Shown: positions 1 through 8,787 of the stretch, piece by piece
Position numbering within the stretch: position 1 is the first letter of the stretch
How the letters are laid out: every line of letters starts with the position of its first letter
Virus record (IMG/VR): IMGVR_UViG_3300027608_000028
Location: 6,306-70,305 of that record
DNA length: 64,000 nucleotides
Reading direction: 5' to 3' (one strand)
Source of the DNA: a virus
Position numbers and translations under genes: made by a program
The notes under the pieces: model-generated
What the model was told of the DNA's origin: nothing
Database searches by the model: none
What the model saw: the letters and a program-made list of their open reading frames with translations, nothing else

Positions 1-1098
1 TGTAAATAGGTAATAACTGCTATAAGAATATAATCCAATAAAAACTACAATAATAGGTACTGTTAGTAACACACTGGCACGTGGCACAAAATAAATTATT
101 GCAATACCAATGGCAACAATACATAATAATTCTATAAAAGTAGACCATGCATAACGTTGAATATTATTTTTATCAACAATTGTTTGAATCATCGAGGCCT
201 GCATATCATGTGACCACGCACTGCCAGTTGGTGTGGCAATAACTCCGCCAACACCTTCTAATGAAACACCCAAGATAACAACTTTATCTTTTACTCGTTT
301 CTTAAAATCATCAGTTACACTAATTCTGTCAAACTCATAATTCCAGTTCATCCATACACTACCAGTGGGGTCAGTAGTTACTGCTCCATATTGTGGCACA
401 CGCACGGCTTCTATTCCTGCTTCGCTGGCCTTTACTTGATAACTGGGATCACCTGTGCTTACACGTAATGCTTCCATTGTTAAGCTAGGATAGATATTAT
501 CTTGGATGCGAACCAGCATTGGCATTCTACGGACAACACCGTCTGGCTCAGGGGCACTGGCAATAACTCCAACCCCGTCTGCATTATTTGCAAGTATGTT
601 AATTGGTTTCAATGCGCCAGGCCAAGCATATAAAAACGGAGCAGGATCTTCTCCGACTTTAGCAACTCCCCTACGTTGTGCATCTGGCTTTTTAGTTTGT
701 GTAGTAACTGTTTGTGCAATTACTACACCATTCTCTTTAATTTTTTTAGCTAATACATCATCGCCCTTAGCCCTATCAGGTTCACTAAACACCGCTGGTA
801 TCACGATAATACCAGCCCCGCCGGCACGTAGTTTATCGATTATATCTGCAATGTCTTTTCTATCCCACGGCCATTGTCCGTATTTAGGCACTGACTTTTC
901 GTCAATCTCTACTATTACTACATCGTTACTATGTACTTTTGGTAAAGTAGTTTGGAGGAAGTCCCAACTCTTTAATCGTAGTACTTGTACAGGCCATGGG
1001 TCATATACTCTTAATGATATTAACCCTAATAGGATCAATATTACGATACCGTTTCCAGTAAAGAAACGTTTCAAAATTTTAATAATTTTTTCAGTCAT
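1..1098 (-). CDS. CHASE2-domain membrane sensor, probably an adenylate/guanylate cyclase (3' end outside window)
   Basis: Not in the ORF track. Hand translation from ATG 1098: N-terminal TM, 'VVIVEIDEKSVPKYGQWPWDRKDIA', 'FSEPDR', 'PEPDGVVRRMP', then TM helices. The output domain is not visible, so cyclase is an inference. Confidence 0.85.
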   Translation of the reverse strand, partial: MTEKIIKILKRFFTGNGIVILILLGLISLRVYDPWPVQVLRLKSWDFLQTTLPKVHSNDVVIVEIDEKSVPKYGQWPWDRKDIADIIDKLRAGGAGIIVIPAVFSEPDRAKGDDVLAKKIKENGVVIAQTVTTQTKKPDAQRRGVAKVGEDPAPFLYAWPGALKPINILANNADGVGVIASAPEPDGVVRRMPMLVRIQDNIYPSLTMEALRVSTGDPSYQVKASEAGIEAVRVPQYGAVTTDPTGSVWMNWNYEFDRISVTDDFKKRVKDKVVILGVSLEGVGGVIATPTGSAWSHDMQASMIQTIVDKNNIQRYAWSTFIELLCIVAIGIAIIYFVPRASVLLTVPIIVVFIGLYSYSSYYLFT

Positions 1099-1136
1099 AG
1101 AGTAATTCTAACATAATTGTTTAAAAAAAGCAATCT

Positions 1137-2291
1137 TTAATTTTGTCGAATAATAACTGTTCCACATCCAGCTAGATTGGTACAGGTTTGTAATAAATTA
1201 ATGCTAAGTGGATTGGTAGTTGAACTTTGTATTAGATCCAAATTGTTTGGACCTCCAAGTCCTCTAGTCATGTCGATTGTTGCTTTGTTTGGCTGAGTAC
1301 CTTCTTGTACTATTACTGCATTATTTTGCGCCCCGTTCATTTTAAGATCTAAATAGTGCTGGCCAGTGCCTTTTTGCACAATGTCAGCAACATTACTATT
1401 TCCACTAACATCGATGAACATTATTTTATTTCCGTTATCATTTTGCTTGGCTACTATAGAATTTTGGTTACCGTAAATAGAAGTTGACATAAAATGGCCG
1501 CCCACACCGCCAGTGTTATTCTGCTGTAATGTCATTGAGTTGTTAGTACCCACCATATCTGTTTCTAAATAATGTCCATTTGAACCCTCAGGTGTACCAT
1601 TGACAGTTCTTCCTTGATTTACGTTAATAGTATTAGTATCTCCTAGTGTATTCATTTTAATTTGATTCTGGCCTATACCGATACCTCCTTGATTTATATT
1701 AGTAGTATTGGTATTTCCTTGCATAGTTAAATTAATTTCTCCATGTCCTTTTTGATCAATTGTAATAACGTTATTGTCACCAATTTGATCTATATAAATT
1801 AATTTATTAGGCGCCGTGTAATTTTGATGCAATGTTATTTTTGCTTGTTGTCCTTGTGTAATAACACTAGTGCCAGGCCCAGTTGTCATTGACAGTGAAG
1901 AGCCCTGAGAATTTGTTGTAGTTGTGACTGGCGGGCTACTAAAACTATAGTACCTGCCAGAATCTGGCCATGCTATGTTGCCATTGCCGTCGCTGGTATA
2001 AAGATACAAAAAGTCGCCGTTTAGTGTAGCATGGTCTACAATATAAGTTGTTCCTGAACATTCCGGACTTGTACAAGACGCTAGCCAGCCACTTAAATTA
2101 TTAATTCCTATTGTGGCTAGTGCATCAAACTCTGCTGGGTTGTTACCTCGGTACACAAATATATAGTCACTACCCTGTCCACTGACATTCATTGCCGGGC
2201 CAATAGTTGTTGCGTCTGCTCTTAATGAAAATAAAACCGCTATTACAAAAATTACTATTGCAATAATATAATCGTTAATATAATCTTTCAT
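1137..2291 (-). CDS. Secreted curlin-repeat (CsgA/CsgB-like) protein with an extra N-terminal domain
   Basis: Signal peptide. C-terminal half has recurring Q-x-G-x-x-N motifs ('IYIDQIGDNN', 'IVQKGTGQH', 'IVQEG'). Confidence 0.75.
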   Translation of the reverse strand: MKDYINDYIIAIVIFVIAVLFSLRADATTIGPAMNVSGQGSDYIFVYRGNNPAEFDALATIGINNLSGWLASCTSPECSGTTYIVDHATLNGDFLYLYTSDGNGNIAWPDSGRYYSFSSPPVTTTTNSQGSSLSMTTGPGTSVITQGQQAKITLHQNYTAPNKLIYIDQIGDNNVITIDQKGHGEINLTMQGNTNTTNINQGGIGIGQNQIKMNTLGDTNTINVNQGRTVNGTPEGSNGHYLETDMVGTNNSMTLQQNNTGGVGGHFMSTSIYGNQNSIVAKQNDNGNKIMFIDVSGNSNVADIVQKGTGQHYLDLKMNGAQNNAVIVQEGTQPNKATIDMTRGLGGPNNLDLIQSSTTNPLSINLLQTCTNLAGCGTVIIRQN

Positions 2292-2299
2292 AGTACTAC

Positions 2300-3418
2300 T
2301 TATTTTTGTGTCAACGTAATAATAGTGTTATTCCCAGAGTTAACACGATTCTTAAATTCTAAACTTCCCTGCGTCTGATATATTATCGCACTTTGTGTTA
2401 ATGGTATAGTTACACTTTGAATGTCACTGCCGTTATCTCTGTAAAGGGTTAATCCTAGTTCATCTTTAAATACTTGTATGCCGCTACTTCTTTTCCAATC
2501 TGGTAACTGACTATCTACGTCTTTTAGTAAGTCTTCGTTTAAGGCTCCGCCTACCATATCAAATATATTTTCTAAGAACGATGTTGTTGTTAGATAATCC
2601 TGACTTAGCCTATTACCGAAAAACTCTTTCTGTGAAGCATCTAGCGCATTTTCCAAACCTTTTTCTTTAAGGAAGTCTATATCCAGTGCGCTCTTAAAGC
2701 CTCGGCTTTCTCGGGCGGCGGCTTGTAATTCTTTTGGTGCTGTAAATAACATCATGTTGTTCATTTGATCTTCACTAAAATTTAATATAACTGGTCTTGT
2801 GGGAGCATTCATTCTACTAGATATTCGTGTAGCTTGAAATGCTTTATTTAAAATTACTGTACCCATATCGCTGGTAACTATAATTTCTCCTACTACACAT
2901 TCATATTCAATATCTTTTACAGTCCTTCCCGTTCTTGGCGCTGGACAACTGGGTAGCAATACAACTGTACTTGCTCCTACTTCGTCAACTGTTGTTGTAA
3001 AATCTGTACCCCTAACACCAATAGTAGCTGTGGGTGTAGTTATTGCAACATTTTGCGGATTATTTTTAGCTACCTGGCCTGATGCATATCTTACTGTACC
3101 TAATGCTATCTTAACTGCCAGCTTACCACCCGATTTACTTTTAGGATCATATACAAAATCATCTATTACTAATTTACTGTTTTCAGTTATCTGTACCTTA
3201 GTGTCATCTTCAAACGTAATACCAACTTTTCCTGATCCTGTTTTAATCGAATCATTCATTTCTATACCGGCTCCTTTGGTTCCTTCTACGGTGGACTTTG
3301 CTCGCTGAATCTGAGACACGGCGGCAATTTGTTCCGTGACTTTTCCAACAAATGCGCCTGCGTCCAATGATATACTGGCCAATAGTATTATGGCTCCAAA
3401 TAGTTTGTGCAATTTCAT
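2300..3418 (-). CDS. FecR-domain periplasmic protein
   Basis: Signal peptide; 'DSIKTGSGKVGITFEDDT', 'ITTPTATIGVRGTDF'. Confidence 0.85.
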   Translation of the reverse strand: MKLHKLFGAIILLASISLDAGAFVGKVTEQIAAVSQIQRAKSTVEGTKGAGIEMNDSIKTGSGKVGITFEDDTKVQITENSKLVIDDFVYDPKSKSGGKLAVKIALGTVRYASGQVAKNNPQNVAITTPTATIGVRGTDFTTTVDEVGASTVVLLPSCPAPRTGRTVKDIEYECVVGEIIVTSDMGTVILNKAFQATRISSRMNAPTRPVILNFSEDQMNNMMLFTAPKELQAAARESRGFKSALDIDFLKEKGLENALDASQKEFFGNRLSQDYLTTTSFLENIFDMVGGALNEDLLKDVDSQLPDWKRSSGIQVFKDELGLTLYRDNGSDIQSVTIPLTQSAIIYQTQGSLEFKNRVNSGNNTIITLTQK

Positions 3419-3427
3419 TTGCGTTCT

Positions 3428-4207
3428 TTAATTTCTGCTAGTCAGTGTAGTAACGTTTCCGTTACCAACGCTTTTTAAATTAATAGTAGAATCAACAGTT
3501 CCAGACTGGTTAATTACCGTAGTATTACTAGATCCGGCAATATCAACTTTAGCATAATGTCCTAAAGTACTGCCACCACTTTGTGTTATTGTAGTACTAT
3601 TGCTGGCTCCTACTGTAACAATATCAACCTGGCCTTTGTCTCCGGTCATATTTAAAATTGTTGCGTTGGCTCCGCCTCCAGTTTGATTAATTGTTGCTAT
3701 TACATCACTTGCATTTATATCTGCACTTAATGAATTATTGGCTCCGCCTGCTTGTATTGCGGTTAACGAATTATTAGTTCCTAGCATATTAATTGTTGCC
3801 AGTGAGTCATTACCATCTTGATCTATACTCAATGTTTGACTTGCGGCAAGTCCCAAGCCATCGCCATTAATGTTTATAGTAGCTATAGCATTATTGCCTT
3901 GTACTTTGTAAAATACATTAGTTGCATTGGATCCATTGGCCGTAGTAGTATCTACTCCCATGTTTAATATATTACCAGATCCTATTTGCTGGATACTTAA
4001 AAGAAGGCCATCGCCTCGAAGTCTGCTGGGCGTTGTATTACCTGTGCCTACGCCCTGTACAGCTCGTACTCTGTTTGAGGCTCCGTCCTGGAGCATCGTA
4101 ATTGTTGCGTTATCTCCTGCTTGGTCAATAAAAATACTGTTGTCTGCCGCTTGTGACGCTTGACTCAGTAATATTAACCCTAACAAAAATATTTGTTTTG
4201 TTGTCAT
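3428..4207 (-). CDS. Secreted curlin-repeat protein
   Basis: Signal peptide 'SQA-ADNSIFIDQAGDN'; ~23-aa QxGxxN repeats along the whole length. Confidence 0.8.
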   Translation of the reverse strand: MTTKQIFLLGLILLSQASQAADNSIFIDQAGDNATITMLQDGASNRVRAVQGVGTGNTTPSRLRGDGLLLSIQQIGSGNILNMGVDTTTANGSNATNVFYKVQGNNAIATININGDGLGLAASQTLSIDQDGNDSLATINMLGTNNSLTAIQAGGANNSLSADINASDVIATINQTGGGANATILNMTGDKGQVDIVTVGASNSTTITQSGGSTLGHYAKVDIAGSSNTTVINQSGTVDSTINLKSVGNGNVTTLTSRN

Positions 4208-4303
4208 ATGTTATATATGATGTGATAGTTTAACACACCATACCCTTTTGGTACTTCCCTACCTTATCTCTGAATTCACAAATATTCTAATTTGTGTTTC
4301 TGT

Positions 4304-5662
4304 TCATTCCAACAGATCTATGTGTATCCATCCGCCTTTATATTCGCTGTCTGTAACTTTTAGCCAACCGTCAAAGCCCAGTTGTCTAATTGATAATGTG
4401 GTTCCTTTAACGAACCACAACTTAGTTGCACTCTGTAAATTTGGTTCAGAATAGATGTGTCCTGATTCTTTAAGTTTCATTTTTCGGAATAATGTTATTC
4501 CTGCTAAACTAGTATTAGGTTTAACTCCAGTCGATATATCCACCGCTACGGGTTTGTTTTCTTTCTCGACTGGGGTTTCTTTAATGGGGGTACTTGCAGG
4601 CTCGGTAACTCCTCCAGCTGGCTTTGGTTCTTTGGGCCCGTCAATTTTGCTTCCTGCAGGTGCTTCTCTGCCATTGGACTCGAGTGATATGGGTGATGGT
4701 GCGGTTTGGGTGCCGGGGGATTCTTCCTTGCCGCTCTTTTGAACCAACTCATTTTTCACCTCTGGAGGCACTACTACAACTGTCTTCGGTGCAGGTGTTT
4801 CCACTACTACGGGTGGTATTATTTTTTCTTCTTTTAGTATCACTGGAGGTGTTACTGATGTTATAGTTTTTCTGTATTCCCATACGCCTTTCCTTTCGCC
4901 TTCTTTAATCAATTCTACTACTGCCATTTCAATAGCTGATTTAACTGCGTATGTGCCAGGCTCATTTATAGTTAAACCTAATTCAGCTTCGAATGCTTGT
5001 GTGCCAGCATCAAAAAATTTCAGTGCTGTAGCGGAATCTGCTGTACTTAAAATAGTTTTTTGTACATTTACTGTCATTAAAACTTTTCCTGTGTTAACTG
5101 ATATTGCACGTAAACTGACTGTTACTGTATCTGTGCTCCATTGAGTTTGTCTTCCAATTCCAAATATACGCATACCGGCGCCGCCGCTGGTAGTACTAGA
5201 GTCATATCCAATGATTCCACCCTCGACTATCATTCCTGCAAATTGTAATGGCATTAACGGTTTAGCATTTGAACCTTCATAGGCTTCGCGCATCTGTCTA
5301 ATTATTAAACGTTCCTTAGTAAGGTTATCTACGCCCACACGTTCTACTACTTCAAACCAATTACCAGCGCCAACGTCTTGTAATGCTTTAATTAAAAATG
5401 CTTCGGCGCCCTGTGTAACTGCCGAACTTAAACTGGCCACGTTAGCTTGTGGTCTACGTTGTCCAGTTTTATCTGCAAAACTGTATACTGCCACACTTAG
5501 CGGTTTCGTACTTGCTGGCAACGGAATATTAGCAAATTCTTTTTTAACTGCTTCGCGTTGCGTAGTTACCGTTGGATCCGATTCTGTAATGCCGGCAAAC
5601 TGCGACACCGCGCATCCGTTTAATATCACTAAGGTTGTAATATATAATAATCTTTTTATCAT
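4304..5662 (-). CDS. csgG: CsgG/HfaB curli secretion lipoprotein with a long Pro-rich linker and SH3-like C-terminal domain
   Basis: Lipobox 'ILNGC'; 'VAVYSFADKTGQRR', 'SSAVTQGA', 'WFEVVER', 'EGGIIGYD'. Start moved to ATG 5662, just after the csgF stop. Confidence 0.92.
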   Translation of the reverse strand: MIKRLLYITTLVILNGCAVSQFAGITESDPTVTTQREAVKKEFANIPLPASTKPLSVAVYSFADKTGQRRPQANVASLSSAVTQGAEAFLIKALQDVGAGNWFEVVERVGVDNLTKERLIIRQMREAYEGSNAKPLMPLQFAGMIVEGGIIGYDSSTTSGGAGMRIFGIGRQTQWSTDTVTVSLRAISVNTGKVLMTVNVQKTILSTADSATALKFFDAGTQAFEAELGLTINEPGTYAVKSAIEMAVVELIKEGERKGVWEYRKTITSVTPPVILKEEKIIPPVVVETPAPKTVVVVPPEVKNELVQKSGKEESPGTQTAPSPISLESNGREAPAGSKIDGPKEPKPAGGVTEPASTPIKETPVEKENKPVAVDISTGVKPNTSLAGITLFRKMKLKESGHIYSEPNLQSATKLWFVKGTTLSIRQLGFDGWLKVTDSEYKGGWIHIDLLE

Positions 5663-5663
5663 C

Positions 5664-6116
5664 TTAAAACTGGAACTGCCCCAATGGTATGACAATCGTT
5701 GTCTGATTTCCTACTGTATCTGTTACGACCAATGTTACACTAGTTGTTCCGTCCTTAGTCCAAAAAATAGTATTACCTTCAAAATTTAAAGTACCACTAG
5801 TAGCGCCACCATCTTTAAACATTGCTGTTGCAAGATTTTGTGATATTTGTGCGTAAATTCTAGATTCTAAATTGTTTAGAAACTTTTGTAGATTGGTATT
5901 CTTTTTGTCTGCCGCGGCCTTTTCTATTGCGGCTTGTATAGCATCACGGACAGACTTCTGACGAGTAAATTCTTGATTTTCTATCGTTAATACGTGACTA
6001 CTGTAGCCAATGCCATTAAATGCAGGGCTTTTAAAGGAAAAATCCGATATCGGTGCGGCCACTAAGTTTAGTGGCATAGCTATTGCGATTAAAAAGTATT
6101 TTTGTAGTTTTGTCAT
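5664..6116 (-). CDS. csgF: CsgF-like curli assembly protein
   Basis: 'FSFKSPAFNG', 'FLNNLESRIYAQISQNL', C-terminal 'TTIVIP'; adjacent to csgG. Confidence 0.85.
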   Translation of the reverse strand: MTKLQKYFLIAIAMPLNLVAAPISDFSFKSPAFNGIGYSSHVLTIENQEFTRQKSVRDAIQAAIEKAAADKKNTNLQKFLNNLESRIYAQISQNLATAMFKDGGATSGTLNFEGNTIFWTKDGTTSVTLVVTDTVGNQTTIVIPLGQFQF

Positions 6117-6196
6117 ATTTCATGTTATAAGCCACAATCAGAGCTCTAATGTATTTACAGTAAATCTGGCTAGAGTTAAAGTGTATGTTATCAGTC

Positions 6197-6226
6197 AAAA
6201 AAATACCCGTATAAAACGGGTATTTT
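6197..6226 (-). terminator. Rho-independent terminator after the tRNA
   Basis: AAAATACCCGT-loop-ACGGGTATTTT followed by a T-run on the minus strand. Confidence 0.8.
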
Positions 6227-6230
6227 AATG

Positions 6231-6305
6231 TGGTGGGCCAAGTAAGAATTGAACTTACACTCAATCGATTATGAGTCGACTGCTTTACCATTAAGCTATT
6301 GGCCC
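6231..6305 (-). tRNA. tRNA with CAT anticodon, most likely tRNA-Ile2 (lysidine type)
   Basis: GGGCCAA/TTGGCCC acceptor, encoded ACCA end, anticodon arm GTCGA-CTCATAA-TCGAT resembling E. coli ileX. Confidence 0.9.
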
Positions 6306-6311
6306 TTAACT

Positions 6312-6749
6312 TTATTGTCCTTTACGTAAACGTTCTTCTTTATGTCTAGTAAAAGCTTCTTCAAGAGCAGTATCCACTCTGACATTGCCAAATACTCTTT
6401 CAATCATATCGGTTATCATAAAACTAAACTTATCTCCTATTTGGCCTGGATCAGAATGCTCAAACCAAGTATAGTCAATGTTATACTTGGTTCCAGTGAA
6501 AGTTTCTTTCATCTTTATGTCTTTTAAAGTAATATCGTTGCGCCAGCATCTAAGTAAGTAATCTCTGTTATTTTTCCAGAATTTATATTTCCATGTCTTG
6601 CGTTCTTTACGTGTACATAACTTAACTACGGCAGTTGCGTGGTCCAATCGATTGCCCAATTGTTCTAGTTGTGTATCACTATCTGCCCTATTACGCATAG
6701 TAGTGCTACTTAGAACAATTGCATTTAAATTATCTTTAAATAAATTCAT
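6312..6749 (-). CDS. Hypothetical protein
   Basis: 145-aa ORF with an ATGA overlap to the upstream gene. Confidence 0.7.
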   Translation of the reverse strand: MNLFKDNLNAIVLSSTTMRNRADSDTQLEQLGNRLDHATAVVKLCTRKERKTWKYKFWKNNRDYLLRCWRNDITLKDIKMKETFTGTKYNIDYTWFEHSDPGQIGDKFSFMITDMIERVFGNVRVDTALEEAFTRHKEERLRKGQ

Positions 6750-6946
6750 TTGATGATTCCTAAACGATCTAAAATATATTTTTCTAGACTGGGCTCTGTA
6801 CGTGTCTCACCAAATGCCCAGATACATTCTCGCACAATCAACTTGGCAAACTTTTCTTTATCAAAGTCCCAACACACCCCATCATGGGCCGAAGGATCGA
6901 TGTAGGTAGTAGCCTGTTCAGCAAGTTGTTTAATTCGTTCATTCAT
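6746..6946 (-). CDS. 'MNERI...KFAxLIVxEC' family mini-protein
   Basis: MNERIKQLAEQA...EKFAKLIVREC; start corrected to 6946. Confidence 0.8.
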   Translation of the reverse strand: MNERIKQLAEQATTYIDPSAHDGVCWDFDKEKFAKLIVRECIWAFGETRTEPSLEKYILDRLGIIK

Positions 6947-7226
6947 CTTCAACTCCGAAATGATTTCTAAATCTAACAACCGCATCTACGATACCTTGAT
7001 TATTGCCTGTCAGGTATTCCCTAATTAATGGATCTTTTTCCTGAGCAATTTCTTCATCGGCAACAATCTCATCCATAGATTCTTTCAAACATTCTTTCAC
7101 AATTAACTCGGCGAACTTTGTCATAACAGTTGAGTCCAAGGTATTACCTGGATGATACATATACACAGCATCACCCCACACAGCAATACCAGCCTGTTCA
7201 GCCAGTTCTCTAATTCGTTCGTTCAT
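6939..7226 (-). CDS. 'MNERI...HFGVE' family mini-protein
   Basis: MNERIRELAEQA...KFAELIVKEC...HFGVEDE. Confidence 0.85.
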   Translation of the reverse strand: MNERIRELAEQAGIAVWGDAVYMYHPGNTLDSTVMTKFAELIVKECLKESMDEIVADEEIAQEKDPLIREYLTGNNQGIVDAVVRFRNHFGVEDE

Positions 7227-7438
7227 TTTCCAACTCCAAAATGTTGTTTAATCTTATCCGCATAGGTGCTTGCGGGTTCACAGTGATCTACTGCATCCGT
7301 AACAATCTTAGCACATTCCCTAACAATCAACTCGGCGAACTTTTCCTGGTCTAATGCTTTGATTTCTGTATATCCACCATCAGTATATCCAACAACTTTT
7401 TGAGCCTGTAGAGCAAGTTCTCGAATTCGTTCGTTCAT
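7223..7438 (-). CDS. 'MNERI...HFGV' family mini-protein
   Basis: MNERIRELALQA...KFAELIVREC...IKQHFGVGK. Confidence 0.85.
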   Translation of the reverse strand: MNERIRELALQAQKVVGYTDGGYTEIKALDQEKFAELIVRECAKIVTDAVDHCEPASTYADKIKQHFGVGK

Positions 7439-7596
7439 TTTCCAACTCCGAAATGTATTTTAATCCACCGGTTAATCTCCGCTAATACCTCTTCGGTAAC
7501 ATCTTTGACCTCACCTGTTGGAACACAAGGTTCTTGTTCCCAAGTGCAGATTGTTTTACTTTTTCCATCTTGCTCGACCACAACCGATAGTTTCAT
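7435..7596 (-). CDS. 53-aa hypothetical protein ending in HFGVGK
   Basis: Below the ORF-track cutoff: MKLSVVVEQDGKSKTICTWEQEPC...IKIHFGVGK. Coupled to neighbours at both ends. Confidence 0.7.
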   Translation of the reverse strand: MKLSVVVEQDGKSKTICTWEQEPCVPTGEVKDVTEEVLAEINRWIKIHFGVGK

Positions 7597-7814
7597 TACT
7601 TACGCTCCTCAACTGCCCATGCCCAATGAACGGTGCACCAATCTTCTATGCATCGTTCACGACTAATTTCTGCTTTATGATTATTTTCAAGCATTTTAGT
7701 TGACCAATATGTGTAATATGATTTGATGATTTGATCTTCTGTCCATGTCTCTACAACATCTTGGCCGAATTCGCCAGGAAATGCTATAGACCAATGTTTC
7801 ATTTGTTCGTTCAT
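7596..7814 (-). CDS. Hypothetical Trp-rich protein
   Basis: 72 aa, ends 'CIEDWCTVHWAW'; starts at a junction repeat. Confidence 0.75.
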   Translation of the reverse strand: MNEQMKHWSIAFPGEFGQDVVETWTEDQIIKSYYTYWSTKMLENNHKAEISRERCIEDWCTVHWAWAVEERK

Positions 7815-8014
7815 TCTTCAACTCCGAAATGTTTCTGTGGGTAATAGTAATAACAATACGGCCTGTTGGTGTTCCAATCTCCCGCCATGCCAGCCAAATC
7901 CTGTAGGCTATCCACAGCGCGAGCTGTCATGCTGTCATGCACAATCCATGGTGTGTCACGCCTTGCCCGCAGGTATTGCCTAAGATAGATCCGGCTTTGT
8001 TCCAGTTGGTTCAT
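7811..8014 (-). CDS. Hypothetical protein ending in KHFGVEE
   Basis: Start re-assigned to the ATGA overlap at 8014 (MNQLEQSR). Confidence 0.7.
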   Translation of the reverse strand: MNQLEQSRIYLRQYLRARRDTPWIVHDSMTARAVDSLQDLAGMAGDWNTNRPYCYYYYPQKHFGVEE

Positions 8015-8112
8015 TCTGTAGTTGTCCTGGAATCTATATTTGAACGGTATGCCATGTATAGCACACCCACTATGTATCCTGCCAAGAATCCCCAAAATAA
8101 ATCCCAAGTCAT
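8011..8112 (-). CDS. 33-aa single-TM peptide
   Basis: MTWDLFWGFLAGYIVGVLYMAYRSNIDSRTTTE; ATGA overlaps at both ends, GGAG SD. Confidence 0.7.
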   Translation of the reverse strand: MTWDLFWGFLAGYIVGVLYMAYRSNIDSRTTTE

Positions 8113-8339
8113 TCTTCAACTCCGAAATGTTCTTTAATCGCTACATAACTATCAACCCCGCACTGGACATAACCATCCCGATGCGTGTCCTTCATCATAA
8201 GTTCATCTTCTAGCACGGGCAGATATTGTTCTCTTACTTGATTCATGCATTCCTTGACAATCAACTCGGCAAACTTTTTTGTCTCAATTGTAAGTTCTAA
8301 TTCAGCCTCTGAGGCAAGTTGTTGAATTCGTTTGTTCAT
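8109..8339 (-). CDS. 'MNxRI...HFGVEE' family mini-protein
   Basis: MNKRIQQLASEA...KFAELIVKEC...IKEHFGVEE. Confidence 0.85.
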   Translation of the reverse strand: MNKRIQQLASEAELELTIETKKFAELIVKECMNQVREQYLPVLEDELMMKDTHRDGYVQCGVDSYVAIKEHFGVEE

Positions 8340-8344
8340 GATAC

Positions 8345-8554
8345 TTACTTCTTTGGTTTAGTGGGCATAACGGGGAATGTGCCCCACGGTTGATTGTAGT
8401 ATTGATCTAGGTCCTGGGGACCACCTTGGTCTACCCATAGCTTGGCGATAGTGATTACAGGATTACCGTCCACTATGCAATATCTAACCAAGTGGTCAGC
8501 ATGTTCATAAGTACCATCTGGTACCCAGCCAAACATTCTAAACCGTTCGTTCAT
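8345..8554 (-). CDS. Hypothetical protein
   Basis: Start at the ATGA overlap (MNERFRMFGW). Confidence 0.7.
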   Translation of the reverse strand: MNERFRMFGWVPDGTYEHADHLVRYCIVDGNPVITIAKLWVDQGGPQDLDQYYNQPWGTFPVMPTKPKK

Positions 8555-8787
8555 AACTTTTCTCCACAATGTGGACACAGTTTGATATTAGCATTACGCA
8601 TTTCTTTTAGTGTCTTGTTTAGTTTCTTTGCATCAGCAGTAATCCTGCGTATGGCTTTACGGTCTCGTTCACCTTTGGCTTTGCTTAATTCTTCTTTAAG
8701 GTGTAGCTTCATTTTGTTAAGTCTACCCTCAAAGATTTCAATGAAGCCCGTTATTCCCGTACCACTGCTTGTGGGTGTACCGTTCAT
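8551..8787 (-). CDS. Coiled-coil protein with C-terminal CPHCG knuckle
   Basis: Start at the junction ATG 8787; ends LCPHCGEKL. Confidence 0.75.
   Translation of the reverse strand: MNGTPTSSGTGITGFIEIFEGRLNKMKLHLKEELSKAKGERDRKAIRRITADAKKLNKTLKEMRNANIKLCPHCGEKL

Noticed and set aside
506-1105. 199-aa + strand ORF (and most other + strand ORFs in the track)
   Set aside because: Antisense shadows of well-supported minus-strand genes; here the real gene is the CHASE2 protein.
4221-4237. Possible CRP site upstream of the curlin gene
   Set aside because: Only one good half-site (TGTGA); the second half does not fit N6 spacing.
6031-6291. 86-aa minus-strand ORF
   Set aside because: Overlaps the tRNA, its terminator and csgF; no SD.
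7811-8119. Single 102-aa ORF as given in the track
   Set aside because: Better explained as two ATGA-coupled genes (8011-8112 and 7811-8014).
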